A stretch of DNA of 63,328 nt, counting the filler, from Rhabdomonas costata (taxonomy: Eukaryota), in the NCBI GenBank assembly GCA_019059605.1. It is 54 parts of 54 records of this genome, joined end to end, with 100 filler letters (N's around TTAATTAATTAA, not from the genome) between each part and the next. Parts side by side here need not be neighbours in the genome. Positions count along the whole stretch, not along the records: positions 23,494 to 24,568 come from JAHMHO010029946.1; positions 24,669 to 25,744 come from JAHMHO010029947.1; positions 25,845 to 26,919 come from JAHMHO010029948.1; positions 27,020 to 28,094 come from JAHMHO010029949.1; positions 28,195 to 29,269 come from JAHMHO010029950.1; positions 29,370 to 30,444 come from JAHMHO010029951.1; positions 30,545 to 31,619 come from JAHMHO010029952.1; positions 31,720 to 32,794 come from JAHMHO010029953.1; 46 more parts are not named here. One strand, 5' to 3'. Positions 24,187-36,842 of this stretch are shown here, piece by piece. The notes under the pieces are model-generated. The model did no database searches, had not been told where the DNA came from, and saw nothing but the letters and a program-made list of their open reading frames with translations. Numbering within the stretch: position 1 is the first letter of the stretch; each line of letters starts with the position of its first letter. Made by a program: the position numbers and the translations under genes.

Positions 24187-26270
24187 GTAAGTCCGTCTTT
24201 TGCTGTTCCCCCCTTATTTGGTTTTTGATGGCTAGAGTAGTTGTGGGCGTCTTGCATCTTCGTCTGGGTTACATTGGTAAATGATAGTATGAGCCTTCTT
24301 AACTTACTGCTATGCATCGGTCTTCATTCGGGGTTCCACCACGGCGTTCTGTGCCAATTCACCTCTTTCCTCACCCTAATCCTGCTGGCCTTCATAACTA
24401 AACAGGAGCAGGTTGGAGTTTGGCCACAAGCTTTTCGTTTCATACTGGTTTTACCGGTGTTCGATACCACAACGGAATTGATCCGAGTTTGGTGCCGGAC
24501 GCAAACGGTATTTCTTTACACCCAACAGTGTGGCGTGCGCGTTTGCTCCGGCATTCCCCCACCACCCCNNNNNNNNNNNNNNNNNNNNNNNNNNNNNNNN
24601 NNNNNNNNNNNNTTAATTAATTAANNNNNNNNNNNNNNNNNNNNNNNNNNNNNNNNNNNNNNNNNNNNTTTGTGTGTTCAAGAAGCGACGGCGCCAACGG
24701 GACTGGGCTCTGCAACTGTAACCCTCACCCCCGCCCTCACTCCTTAACACCTGGTCGCTTCTTGAATACACGACACACTCACACGGTCACACACCCACAC
24801 AAGGCGAGTACACGCGGCACTGCAGAAAAAGTAAGGAGCGCAAGGTATGATCCCGCAGCCAAAAGCGAGAGGGAGGGAGAGACGGACGATAAAAGGGAGG
24901 AGGGAGAGCGACACATACACACAACCCAAACCTAAAAAAAACTCCCGCTCGCGCAGTGACCCGGGCACCGGTCCGAACCTACCTCTCCAAGGTTAAGGGA
25001 TAGGACAACGTGGCAGGGGGAGCCGCGTCCTGCGGGAGAAACCCAAAACCAAAAAAAAGAAAAGGAAAGAAAAGAAGAAGAAAGAAAGAAAGAAAAGAAA
25101 AGTAAAAAAGAACCTCGCGGGACGCCACCATCACCGCGAGCGAGCCAAGGTGGCGTCAAGGCGGCGCAGCCGCGGCAACACGGCCCGCCCCAAGAAAGAC
25201 AAAAAACCCGCAACTGCACTGTACACTTGATAATCAGCCCCGCCGCCTCTCGGGGCTGAGGGATGTGGCAGCAGCAAGGAAGGTGGGAGGGGTACTTACC
25301 CCAGGGGCCCTCCACATGGTCAGCGATGACCAGAAAGAAGAGGCACTGAATCCCAACCCCAGGTCCTCCGCGGGTGAAGGAGGATAGGCCAAAAGCCGAA
25401 AATGGGGACAGCACCCGCCAAAAGCGGGCTCAGCGGAAGAGGGCAGGAATAGCCCGCAACGCAACGATAGAGCGAGGTACTGGCACGGCGACGCCTGTAG
25501 ACCGGTGCTGCCCGTTCACTCATCCGAAAGAAAAGCCCCAAGGCCGTTCCTGCGAGAAAAGGCCCCAGCCCCCCAAGGAAGCAGTGTGGAGTCACAGAGA
25601 CCTAAGCCGCAACGGAGCAATGCAGGTAGCCGCTGGAAAAGAGCAGCTGCGCGACAATGGCCCGGGACCCGTGGGGCAGAAGGGAGGTTACCAGATGTGG
25701 AACGTTCGGTGGTGAGCCGGTTCCAGTTCCCCACGGCACCGCTCNNNNNNNNNNNNNNNNNNNNNNNNNNNNNNNNNNNNNNNNNNNNTTAATTAATTAA
25801 NNNNNNNNNNNNNNNNNNNNNNNNNNNNNNNNNNNNNNNNNNNNGGGGGTGTGTGAGCTTCTTGGACACGAGCCAGCAAATCAGCGCTGGGACTATCGGG
25901 GGGTACATGGTAGATGCTCGGCGAGTCAATCAAGAGGTGCATATGTGAGCCTCTTTCTTTTGGCACTTTGTTGAAATATTTTTCCTGAGTGCCTTTTTCC
26001 AAAGTTTGTCGCTTATTCCCAAGCTTGCTGGAATAGAAGACTGGAATACTGGAAGACTGGAATAGAAAACGCTATGTACCTTCAATATTCCTTTTTCCAT
26101 TGAAAAAAAATAGGTTCAGACCCAGCCTACACGCAGCAAAGCGATTTCAGACGGATTCGCGTCCGATGGTTTTCGCAACTGACTTGGGCTTTCGGAGAAT
26201 CCTGATAATCTTATCTGCAGCCTCGGCGTTCACCGTGTGCTTGCTCATTTTCACTTGTTTTGTGTTTTAG

Positions 26271-26378
26271 GGCTTGCAGTGGGTGATGGTTGTGGGCACG
26301 AATGCCGCCTCGTGGAACTCCATGGTGAACAATGGGCTTCCGCTGACCATCGGGCTGGTCGTCCTCGTTGTTTTCGGG
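26271..26378 (+). CDS. Probable exon covering the end of a Cache-like domain and a TM helix
   Basis: ttttag|GGC TTG CAG TGG gives GLQWVMVVGT...LTIGLVVLVVFG, resembling the GLxWxxVV strand that precedes the TM helix in receptor cyclases. Confidence 0.35.
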
Positions 26379-28198
26379 TACCTTTTGGGTGCATTTTTCC
26401 TGTTGTGTGGACGTGTTGGCAGTGTGCGTCTGATGGCGCCTATCGTTGAGCTGATCCCGCTGGCAGTTTGATGGGCCTATGCCTACTCACGCACCCTTGA
26501 GGGACGTGCCAGTCCAGGGGGTCTTCGTGCCGGCGCACGGGGAGACAGTGAAGCGAGGTGCACGGTGTGTCACGCAAGAAAGGATGGAGCATGTAATGGA
26601 GAGTGTGCGATGGAAGAAAGTTAGAGAGTAGCGGGCAAAAGAAAAGACGTAAAAGGCCGTATCAGGTGCATCTTTCGGACCCCCGCCCATTTACGGGGCA
26701 TTTTAGAGACCTTACAGGGTGGACATCTCATTCACCTATTACAACATGACAGAAGACATCGCATGGGGTTGTGAAGCGACGCACGCAGCACACCAGCAGT
26801 GCAACTAATACTTAGGGTCCGCAAAAAGCACCGTAAAAGCACCATAATGCCCGTACGCCAGTTTCTCGGCATCGCACGTGAACTGCATCGAAACTCCCGA
26901 ACGATAATCCCCCCCACAANNNNNNNNNNNNNNNNNNNNNNNNNNNNNNNNNNNNNNNNNNNNTTAATTAATTAANNNNNNNNNNNNNNNNNNNNNNNNN
27001 NNNNNNNNNNNNNNNNNNNGGTGTGGTGGCCCGGTCGGAGCTCGAACGGCTGCAGGATAGCATCTTGGCGACGGACCGGGACCGGGACCGCCAGGCCGCG
27101 CAGAAGCAAGAGCGGCAACGACAGATGGGTGTGTGTGTCGCCCCACCCCCACGCCTTTCCCACGACTTCAAACGAATCACGAATGATCACACTGTGACCA
27201 CGGGAACCGCTTATCCCCCGCTATATTGTCTTGAAGCTGATGCTATATAGATCCTTGTTTGAAAGCTGTAGAAGAGATTGAGGTGCCCACCACACAGCCT
27301 CTGCGAGCCGAAGAGGGGAACCTCTCTTCCCCTTACATGAAAAATTTCCTTCGGTAACGTCCGTTTCCTTCCCACCACAAAAGGTAGTGTGCCAAAACAT
27401 CACTCATCACTGTTGCCCACAAGCGCAGTAGGCGTGACCACGTAATCGTGGGGAGTGAGGGAGGGTGGCCACAAAAATATAAATGATTGCTGGAGTGAGA
27501 TAGTGTGAAATGTATTTGTGTGTTGACTGCAGTTGTGCAGCTGGGGTCGGAAACAGGCGTATCATCATCGAGGATCCAATTGTCGGCGCCAGCGGGAACC
27601 CCCTGCGACCTCCTGCGTCACCACTAATCTCCACATTCCTCCACCAAAGAGATTGAAGTGATTATGGTGACTTTGGCTGATGCTCTTGGGCGATCGCTAA
27701 GAATCGTTGCTGAGACCCCTTCACCGAAAACGGATTCGTTTCTTTGGAGCTTAAGATTCATGTATCTTCTCGCCCTGCCCCTCTTGGGTGGCGCCCTGCT
27801 TAGTGGCTGTGACACAACTTCTCCAATTTCTTCATATCAGAAGTTTTAGATTGTGCAATGATAATCGTGACCATAACTGATGCGCAGTGCTTTCGCTACT
27901 GGCTGCTTTGTGGCGAAGGGGCGAAGTTTAACCGCCAACTGCGAACCGTCAACCCGCCAACCCCACCCCCACCAGAGGATGGGAAAAGTAGAAGAACGAC
28001 TTCCCAAAAAATAATGCTTTTTTTCGGACCATTCGGACCGGGAGCCTTAGTTTTATTCTTGGTGTCTTTCGTGCGTGTGTTGTACCCAACCAACNNNNNN
28101 NNNNNNNNNNNNNNNNNNNNNNNNNNNNNNNNNNNNNNTTAATTAATTAANNNNNNNNNNNNNNNNNNNNNNNNNNNNNNNNNNNNNNNNNNNNTGTT

Positions 28199-28915
28199 GG
28201 GGGGCAGAGAGAGGATCGTGCACTGGATAAGGTCGCCGTCGGGGGACGTCACAGGGAGCAGGAAGCGGGCCGGCTTGAACTGCACCGCTGAGACCGTCAG
28301 GTTGGCGGCCACTGGGGGGAGATTCCTGACAAACTTCACGCGCCCCTGTGAGTGCAGGTGTGAGTGTAGTAACGCAGCAATCCCGGTCTTTCGGGAGAAA
28401 CAGCGTCACTTTCCGAAGCAACCACTGGGCAAACACCGCCGGAGGGAAGGCCGCGTGTAGAAAAATGAGCTGAAGAAGACGGGAACCAGGGGTGTCTGCT
28501 GGATTATATTTAAAAAAATCGCGGGGGGATGCACAAACTCATTCTCTCGCTACTTTCAACAACAATTTCGTCGACCGCAGGGAGATGTACGAACATTCTC
28601 GATGTTTCCAGGTCCGGCCTTTTGCAACCCTTTTTTTTGTTCACAATCCACCTGAAAAGAAATACACATCCCCAGAGGCGCGGCTTTGCACACCAATACA
28701 ACAGCTCCCTCCTCAGTGGTGTTGTACCCCACTACAGCCGAGCGGATGTTTGGGTCGCTGCAGTGGAAAAGCAGCGTAGAGTTGGCAGCCACGGTGTCCC
28801 CGACGGTCAGGCTGGCCTGCCCCGCCGTTCCGACCCGGGCACATGTCGGGATGGAGGCCAGGGTGAGGGCAAACGGGAAGGACACATTCACCGTGCTCAG
28901 CGGGGTGTAGCTCAC
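28199..28915 (-). CDS. Extracellular Ig-like/cadherin-like repeat protein, two exons (28915-28694 and 28345 to contig end)
   Basis: In-frame GT-AG join ...EEGAVVL-GRVKFVRNLPPVAANLTVS...SPDGD, an N.PPVA...DGD-type Ig-like motif. Confidence 0.6.
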
Positions 28916-29557
28916 CTGTGCACAAAGTTACCAAATCTGCAAAAGTGGAATCCGGCTTTCCACACACCGCAATAACGCAAACCAGGAACCGAGCGCCTCT
29001 CAGGCAGACACGGTAGTTTGAAGATGAGATCTTCACATCACGGAAAACGGAAAACAATAACAACTTCGACGAGCATAGGTTCACTGCAAGAAAAAATACA
29101 ACGGGACAGAAAGCTGAAGAGCGCGCAAAGCCGGAATGAGCGTCGTGGAAAGAGCCAACGTTGAACCTACAGAAGTCAGGTGGAACCCGATGCATGATGC
29201 ATGGACCCAATGGTGGGGTCAGCACGCCATACACTTTAACGATTGACGCCCCTTTCCATTATTTTTTGCNNNNNNNNNNNNNNNNNNNNNNNNNNNNNNN
29301 NNNNNNNNNNNNNTTAATTAATTAANNNNNNNNNNNNNNNNNNNNNNNNNNNNNNNNNNNNNNNNNNNNGGTGGGGGTTATCAAGTGAGAGAAAGGTATG
29401 CATCAGAGTCACGGTGGAACTTGACAATCATCATCTGCTTTCCCATTTGAGCTGAAGGGATGAGTTAGGTAATATGCGTAATGGGTGTGGGAAACCGGGA
29501 AAATGGGCACCCGGATCTGCGATTATTATCGCTGTTTCGGTATGTCCTTCGTATTAG

Positions 29558-29688
29558 GTCTGATGATCACCACCGAAGCGGCCATCACCTCCCTGCCGGA
29601 GCCCAAGGCTGCCCCTGGTATGGGTGGCATGGGCGGCATGGGTGGCATGGGTGGCATGGGTGGTATGGGCGGCATGGATGACTACTAA
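29558..29688 (+). CDS. HSP60: Hsp60/chaperonin-60, last exon
   Basis: [16 protein letters not shown] followed by a (GGM)n tail and DDY-stop; TAG acceptor at 29557. Confidence 0.93.
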
Positions 29689-30699
29689 GAAATCCACCTC
29701 CACCTTCACCCCCAAGGGTCGCTGTAGTGCGTGCGGGTCTTTGCTGTCACCTACGCTCTCGGAACCGCTGAGACAGCGGTTCTCACTCAGCCGATCCACT
29801 TCGCACCTGCAGACCCGCACCCTCGAGCTCACTTGACCGCTGCACCTCTGTCACAGTTACGGTTCTGCTTTTTTCTGTTTATTTTTTCCAACAGCGGGCT
29901 CTTTTTCTCCCTCCGTAGTGGGAGACGCCTCCGCTCTGTTGTGTTTCACAGTGTGTTGCCGACATCGTTACACAGGGTTCTTCTCTTCGGCTGCCGCAGG
30001 TGGTGCTACTCAGCGGCCGTCCGGCCGAGGTCTCCTAATCCTGGTCCTCCATCACCCGAAATGGACCGCGCTAACCGAAATTACTAAAGTGAAAACAAGA
30101 GGGAACTTGTAGTGCGAAATGAACTTGTATTGGTTCGATTGGCTGTCCGTGGCTGAGCGAGGCAAACAACAAGGTTTGGAGGATGGAAGTGGCAGCCCCA
30201 CCCCGCCGAAGCTGAACCCTTCCATGTCCCCAAACCTTCGTTGCCCCTCTTCGGGGTTGGTGAACGGGTTAGGCCCCAGCTGAAACCTTGTCATCCGCCG
30301 CCTGAATTTTAGACAAAAAAGAGAATTTCAGCTTGACGGCAACCCGAGAAGGAAACTGAAAGAGACACAAAAAAACATCACCAAGGCGGAGGTGAAACAG
30401 TCATACCCCCGCTGGGCCCGCGCCGTTCGTCGTCCACAACACCCNNNNNNNNNNNNNNNNNNNNNNNNNNNNNNNNNNNNNNNNNNNNTTAATTAATTAA
30501 NNNNNNNNNNNNNNNNNNNNNNNNNNNNNNNNNNNNNNNNNNNNTGGGTTTGGTAACTACATCAACCGTATTTTCCAAAGCAAAAGCTTCCAAATGACAA
30601 ATCCAAGAAACGCCAACAGCACCACTGACCTGGGGTCATTTGGAACCGGAAGTGGCCTCCCCTCATCCGCTCCCACCAAAGGGCTTCCAGGGTGCTCTC

Positions 30700-30963
30700 G
30701 AAGGTGCAGTTACGGGACTCCCCACCGCTGCAGATGATACTGGTCCCCCAGCGCCCAACCTCAGCCTCCGCTCCCCAAGGGGAGCGTACGGGGCGAAGCG
30801 GTTGCCGCCGCCAGTTTCTCTCCGCTAATCTGGGGCCCACAATCGGGTCGCCCGCGCAGATCGCCCCAAGCACAAGCATTAGAAGAACCAGCCATGGCAT
30901 CCGAGAGGATGCCCCGCACGTCAGGCGCGCGTTGCCCGTCCCTAGCGGAGGCTGTGTGAGCAT
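30700..30963 (-). CDS. Probable first exon of a secreted or membrane-anchored protein
   Basis: ATG directly after T10-CAAG; signal-peptide-like MPWLVLLMLVLGAICAG; ends near SIICSGGESRNCTFE. The 3' boundary is uncertain. Confidence 0.45.
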
Positions 30964-31846
30964 CTTGAAAAAAAAAACACTCACAAAGCTGCTCTATTCC
31001 CGCTCACACTGAGAACCGAAGGACGAGTGGTTGAGCGTTGAGCGTTCAGCGATGTTGGTCATCCACGTAAACTCGAGTGATGTCACGGTTGCGCGTGGTC
31101 ACGCGCACACACGCGCGCGGGGTCGAGTGCCAAAACTGCCGCACCGATTTCAGATTTTTCCGCATCAATTTATAAAAAATCGCCGTAAAACCTCGTCGTA
31201 AATATATTTAAATGCCTTTGGGTCATTTCAGCGTTGAGGAGATAACGAAAAAGGCTCATCGGCAGAGACCTCTCTGGAGAATAGCTTTTCAGGGAAAATT
31301 GATTGCTTTGACAGACGGCCAAGGGGGCTGAAATCCCACAAAAAACGGAACAGTAACAATCGAATCAAGGATCCGGTGGCAGCCAATTGAAGAAAAAAAT
31401 GCCACGGATGTGTGGCTGCAGCAAAAGGGTTCGCAGGATAGCCCAGTCACGCAGGCGGCGGCCTGAACGGGCACCCTTTCTAAGAGGTTCAACGCAGTTC
31501 AGCCTTGGCAACACAGCAGATAAGTACTCCGAACCGCAAAACAGCGGATGGCTAGCGAAATTTCCACCCCCCAGAACAGCTGCAGAGACATGTCACGTGT
31601 GGCGGGGGCCACCCCCCACNNNNNNNNNNNNNNNNNNNNNNNNNNNNNNNNNNNNNNNNNNNNTTAATTAATTAANNNNNNNNNNNNNNNNNNNNNNNNN
31701 NNNNNNNNNNNNNNNNNNNAGGAATAAGTCGAGAAAGCCCTGTGCGGCACGAGGAGCGCAGCTCAGTGTTGGAGTACCACGCACTTTGTGGCACGTGGTA
31801 ACAGAGGAAGTGTACGACCTATATTGGGCAGAGTTGGAAGAAGCTA

Positions 31847-32387
31847 ATGGCCGTGCACGTGTGGCCGAAGCTGAGGAACCCGGTGGACGTGAAGAGTTTC
31901 TTGGGACTGTGCGGTTTCTACCAGAGGTTTGTGCCGGATTACGCAACTGTAGCAGCGCCGCTGACTGAGCTGATGAAGAAGCATAGTGAGTGGGTTTTTG
32001 GTGAAGCTCAGGAGCAGGCGTTTCAGACACTGAAGGTCATGCTGCTGACCGTACCGGACTTCTCGAAGCCCATGATCCTTCACACGGATGCCTCAGAGGT
32101 AGGTTTGGGAGCGACGCTTTCGCAGAAGGGGGAGGACGGAAATCTGAAAGTTGTCAAAGTCAGAGAAAAATTACCCAGTGCATGAAAAAGAGATGCTGGC
32201 ACTGGTGGACACGTTGGAAGAGTGGAGGCATTACTTGCTGTGTGCAGAAGTGCGGGTGCACACGGATAACTCAGCGTTGAGTTACCTGCAGAAGAACCCG
32301 AGACCATCACCCAGACAAATGAGGTGGCTGGAGAGGTTGCAGCGGTACAATTTGAAGGTTTCACACATTAGAGCCGAAACGTTTTAG
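31847..32387 (+). mobile_element. Ty3/gypsy LTR retrotransposon pol relic (RT connection and RNase H), frameshifted
   Basis: VKSFLGLCGFYQRFVPDYATVAAPLTELMKK...LHTDASEVGLGATLSQ, then in another frame EKNYPVHEKEMLALV...WRHYL...VHTDNSAL...RQMRWLERLQ. Confidence 0.95.
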
Positions 32388-35002
32388 AGCGATGTGTTAG
32401 AATTTGATGGTGACACCTTGCATTGACCTGTTGCTTCAGAGAGGCATCAGCAGCAGGGCCCACTTTGTGCAAGCAAGGTCGGGATACAGTCCAAAGCGAG
32501 CAGGATCCAGATGCATCACCACCTCAACAGGTAGGAGCCACGTAAGTGTTCCGCATTATCTTTGGAGTGTGACAGTCGGGTCTTGGTGCCCACACCTGCT
32601 GGGATGTGGATGGATTTCTATGGGCGGGTCTCGCCGCTTAGGCCTTCCCCAGGCTACCACCCAAAAAGAAGGCTGTAGAAGTGGCACATGCTGTATTGCA
32701 TTGACCGCCCTAAGTCCACACCATTTTCCACGCCTCTCCTTCTGCTGGTGCCTCTCTGAAGCAACAGGTCAATGCAAGGTGTCACCACCAACCCNNNNNN
32801 NNNNNNNNNNNNNNNNNNNNNNNNNNNNNNNNNNNNNNTTAATTAATTAANNNNNNNNNNNNNNNNNNNNNNNNNNNNNNNNNNNNNNNNNNNNGTGGTG
32901 GTATGTAATTTTCACAAATAATCCCAAATTCATTGTAACTTAAAGGTCTGGGTGGAACCGTCGCTGAAGGTGAGGGTGAGACTGGTGGCCTGCTTGTTTC
33001 CGGCCGCCACAGGGAGGTCCACGAGACGCATCGAACCCACCAGGTATCCAGCACCCGTAGTGGCCAGTGTGATCTAGACAGCACAGTGGTATAGCCACGG
33101 GTTCGAGAACTGACCTTTAAGTTACAATGAATTTGGGATTATTTGTGAAAATTACATACCTCGCACCTTCAGAGCACATGAAAGAGCACATAATAAAAGA
33201 AATACCCAAAAATTACCCTCATTCTGAACGCTTGATTGCTTGATTTCTATTCATTTCGAAAATTCTGGCTGAGCTCGTGCGGCCCGTCAGAACCAGTCGG
33301 CTGAAGTGCCTTTTCTGGAGTGGGGGATTTTTCCTTTTATAACAGTAACAAGAAGACCTCCACACTACCGAATGGACAAAATGTGGAGATTAGGGGCTTT
33401 TTTGCACATAGTGCCAGTGTAGAAAGATGGAAGTTTTGCATCCGGTTTTGCTGCGGAATGCGCATTGGACAAGGGCAGGGCAGGCCAGACCCTTGTATTT
33501 CTTTCCACGAAAAGGTCTGCTGCTTCAACGCAACTAAAGAAGAAAAACATGCCATGACGCCAAGTCATATGGAAAAAAGACCGGCTCTTCCCTCTTTTCC
33601 GGGCTGCTACTTTAAAATCCTTGGCAACATTTCAGGGAATACATGTAACTTTCTGCTCAACGCAACCACAGTTACCACAGAACATCAAAAGGAGCAAGGA
33701 AAAGCAGCACCCCTGACATCGCTACCACCATTGACATGGCAAACCCGGGACGCCCACACATCTGAGATCGGAAAGCAGCACGCAGGCAAACCATCAAAGA
33801 TGCCGATGTGTTCGTTCCATTTCCGGCGATCCACGGGATGGCGCTGTTCCCGTCCAAGGCGTTGGCCCCCTGCGAGAGTACGAGAGCCAGGTTCGCGCAA
33901 CTGAATGACCACCCTCACAACCAAAAATGGCTCTGATGATGTGGTCAAGCAAAGCCACCAAAAAACCACNNNNNNNNNNNNNNNNNNNNNNNNNNNNNNN
34001 NNNNNNNNNNNNNTTAATTAATTAANNNNNNNNNNNNNNNNNNNNNNNNNNNNNNNNNNNNNNNNNNNNGGTTTTGTTTCTTTCTGAAGAATGGGTTTGT
34101 CTCTGTGTGTGTGTGTGTGCAGCTTGCAACCTCTATTTTAATGCCAGAGGTGTCTGTGTCCGTCTGCGTGCTGGTTGTGCGCGTCTTCCGATCGTATCCG
34201 AACTCTCACTCACTCGCTCTCTCTATCTTTCTCATTCTCATTGAAGGTCTGTTTCTCTGAGTCTGGATGGTGTGTATGTGTACCTATGTGGAGCTGCAAG
34301 CAGTGCCGAAAGGGATGGTGTGGTGCGTGGGAGCCGTGTAGTGTGGGTGCAGTGGTGAGTTTCCCATAGAAAAGGACTCACGTATGCTGCGGGGATACAC
34401 TTCTTGCACATAGTGCAGGGGGCGGATCAGAAGGTGCTGGCGTCGTAACGTTGTTTCTGTGGATGGGAGGGGTGCGGGGGTACGGGGTGCGGTGGAGAAC
34501 ATTCCGTGAAAGGATTTGAACTGCCCCTCGCGGAAGACTTCCGATTTCCCGTGGCTACATCGGGCATCTGGGTGCAAGGTGAAGGTTGTGGGTGGAGTTA
34601 GATTGACCCGTTGGGATTGGCGTTTTTGACGGGGTCTTTCCTTTTTTTTTTTTCAATGCTCGCTCACTGGGTCTTTGCACGTCCGGCTCAATCACGGCGA
34701 GCTTTTTCGATAAAAACTGATCTTGGAATTGCAAACAAGTGGGGGAGCGGGGTACCCCTTTAAAGCGGTCTCTGTCTCCACTGGCTATATATTGGCAAGG
34801 ACAGAAGAAAAGAAGGAAGATCATGACTATGGTGCTGGTGACGTTGTGTTGGCGCAGAAACCAGTATTGACCTGTGTTGTGCTCAATTTGTTCGAATCAC
34901 ACTCAGTAATCAGCCTCAGCAGTTCTCTTTTGACACTCTGCACATGTCAAGGGCTCTGGCCTCTCCTCTCCCTCAAGGGTGGCGTTAGCTAGACCGTTCG
35001 AC

Positions 35003-35130
35003 CAAGGCAAAGCAAGGCAAGGCAAGGCAAGGCAAAGCAAGGCAAGGCAAGGCAAGGCAAGAAAAGAAAAGAAAAGAAAAGAAAAGAAAAGAAAAGAAAA
35101 GAAAAGAAAAGAAAAGAAAAGAAAAGAAAA
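35003..35130. repeat. Compound pentanucleotide microsatellite (CAAGG)n(GAAAA)n
   Basis: Directly visible. Confidence 0.97.
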
Positions 35131-36756
35131 CAAAAANNNNNNNNNNNNNNNNNNNNNNNNNNNNNNNNNNNNNNNNNNNNTTAATTAATTAANNNNNNNN
35201 NNNNNNNNNNNNNNNNNNNNNNNNNNNNNNNNNNNNGGGTGGTTTTGTATTGCCTACAGGATTGCCCACGACTACCTTACAACCTGTGCACAATGGAATC
35301 TGCGTCTCGTTGTGCCCATAGCTTAACACAATCTTGTGCCCGTTGCTTAGGCTTGTGGGGAGTTTTGGACAGGGCTGTACCGATAGACAAAACCTCTGTG
35401 GCTCCAACTTGTCGACCGCTTCGGTGAGGGCGAACATACTTTTTACACTGTTTATCCCCGTAGCTCATGACTGTTGTGGGTGCTGTGGTTGTAGCCTTGG
35501 TGGTGGTGGGTTCGTCACTCATGCAGCCATCAGCCCAACATCGGCATCTTGGCCTGCAGCATGATACGGTTATGGGCCTTAAGCAGCAGTTTAGCATAGC
35601 CGTGTCGTGGTTCCACCACCCCAAGGTGCTTCCAGTCGTTCCTAGTCGGTCTCGGCGATTTACTATGGTGTGTGGTGACATGGTCACTGCTTAAGGGTCC
35701 TGCTTTAACTCTGTGGCGTTGGTGATTGTGGTCCTCGCTGCTACTGCACGGTCCTCAGTGGGTTGTACCAGATGGTTCTACCATTCTACATCTGTTTAAA
35801 GTCCATCACCCTGATTTGTGCGAGATGGGGCTTCCCTGGGGCCAGTAATCATTTCAACAAAATGTCATAGAATGCTAATTGAAAAGGAGACGATAGAAAA
35901 GAAAACTAAAAAATATACCTCCAAGACAAAAACAAAATGATGTCACTAAAAGCAACGCAATGAGTTTTACGTTCATCTTGACGCAAAGAAAGGGTAGGGT
36001 AGGGTAATACGAAACACGACTCTGCTATTCCGTTTGTGATATTGCGTTTGTGTATTGAAATTTTAAGAAGGGTTGTTGTGACTCAGAGTTTTTTGTATTT
36101 GTTATTGTAAGTTTCGTGGGTCTCAGGCGTCCCTCTCAGCTCCGAATTGCCCCAGAACAAAATCTAACGCACTGTCAAGGAATCTTGCCTCCTTTCGATG
36201 TGCAAGCAGACTCAGGGTTAAAAATAATGCATCGAAAGTAAAGGAAGGATAAATGACATCTCGTCCCTCCCGATTTACAAAGGCTTTCACGGGAAAACGA
36301 GACTTTCGGCCNNNNNNNNNNNNNNNNNNNNNNNNNNNNNNNNNNNNNNNNNNNNTTAATTAATTAANNNNNNNNNNNNNNNNNNNNNNNNNNNNNNNNN
36401 NNNNNNNNNNNGTTGGTGTTGCTTTGCAATGATGGGAGGGATGGCCTTCTAGCAGCAGTGGTGCTTTGTGGAATAACGGGACCACATTCAGTTTGAGAGA
36501 GGGAAAAAACCTAAACCTGTCCAGGAAGGAGGAAGGTATCTGAAGGGGACACGTATGCTTTTGTGCAGGAACCGCAAAAGTGCCCAAATCGGCTTTTCCA
36601 GCTGAAAAGGCCAGGCTGAGGAGAGCAGAATGGTTGAATATTAAACCTTTGAAAGTCCTCTCTCGAAATTATATGTTGAGAGAGCCCGGGGGCGTTGGAG
36701 TCTTGGAGTCAAAAGGGTGATGTGGTTTAACAGACACACCTGGAAGGGTGACAGAC

Positions 36757-36842
36757 CCATCGGCGCAGGTGCCATGGCCCGAGCAGGGATTGGAGGCACC
36801 CCCGGGGCATTGCTGGTTGCAGCTGGATCCCCAGTAGCCAGC
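36757..36842 (-). CDS. EGF/laminin-EGF-like repeat exon
   Basis: AGYWGSSCNQQCPGGASNPCSGHGTCADG with CAG acceptor and GTCTGT donor. A related fragment (SDGANGTGLCNC) starts the contig near 24683. Confidence 0.8.

Noticed and set aside
32900-33160. 49-bp perfect inverted repeat around a 163-nt spacer, resembling a MITE
   Set aside because: The left arm begins right at the contig's primer-like tail and no target-site duplication can be assessed. The same pattern occurs at three other contig ends, so a fold-back amplification chimera is more likely.
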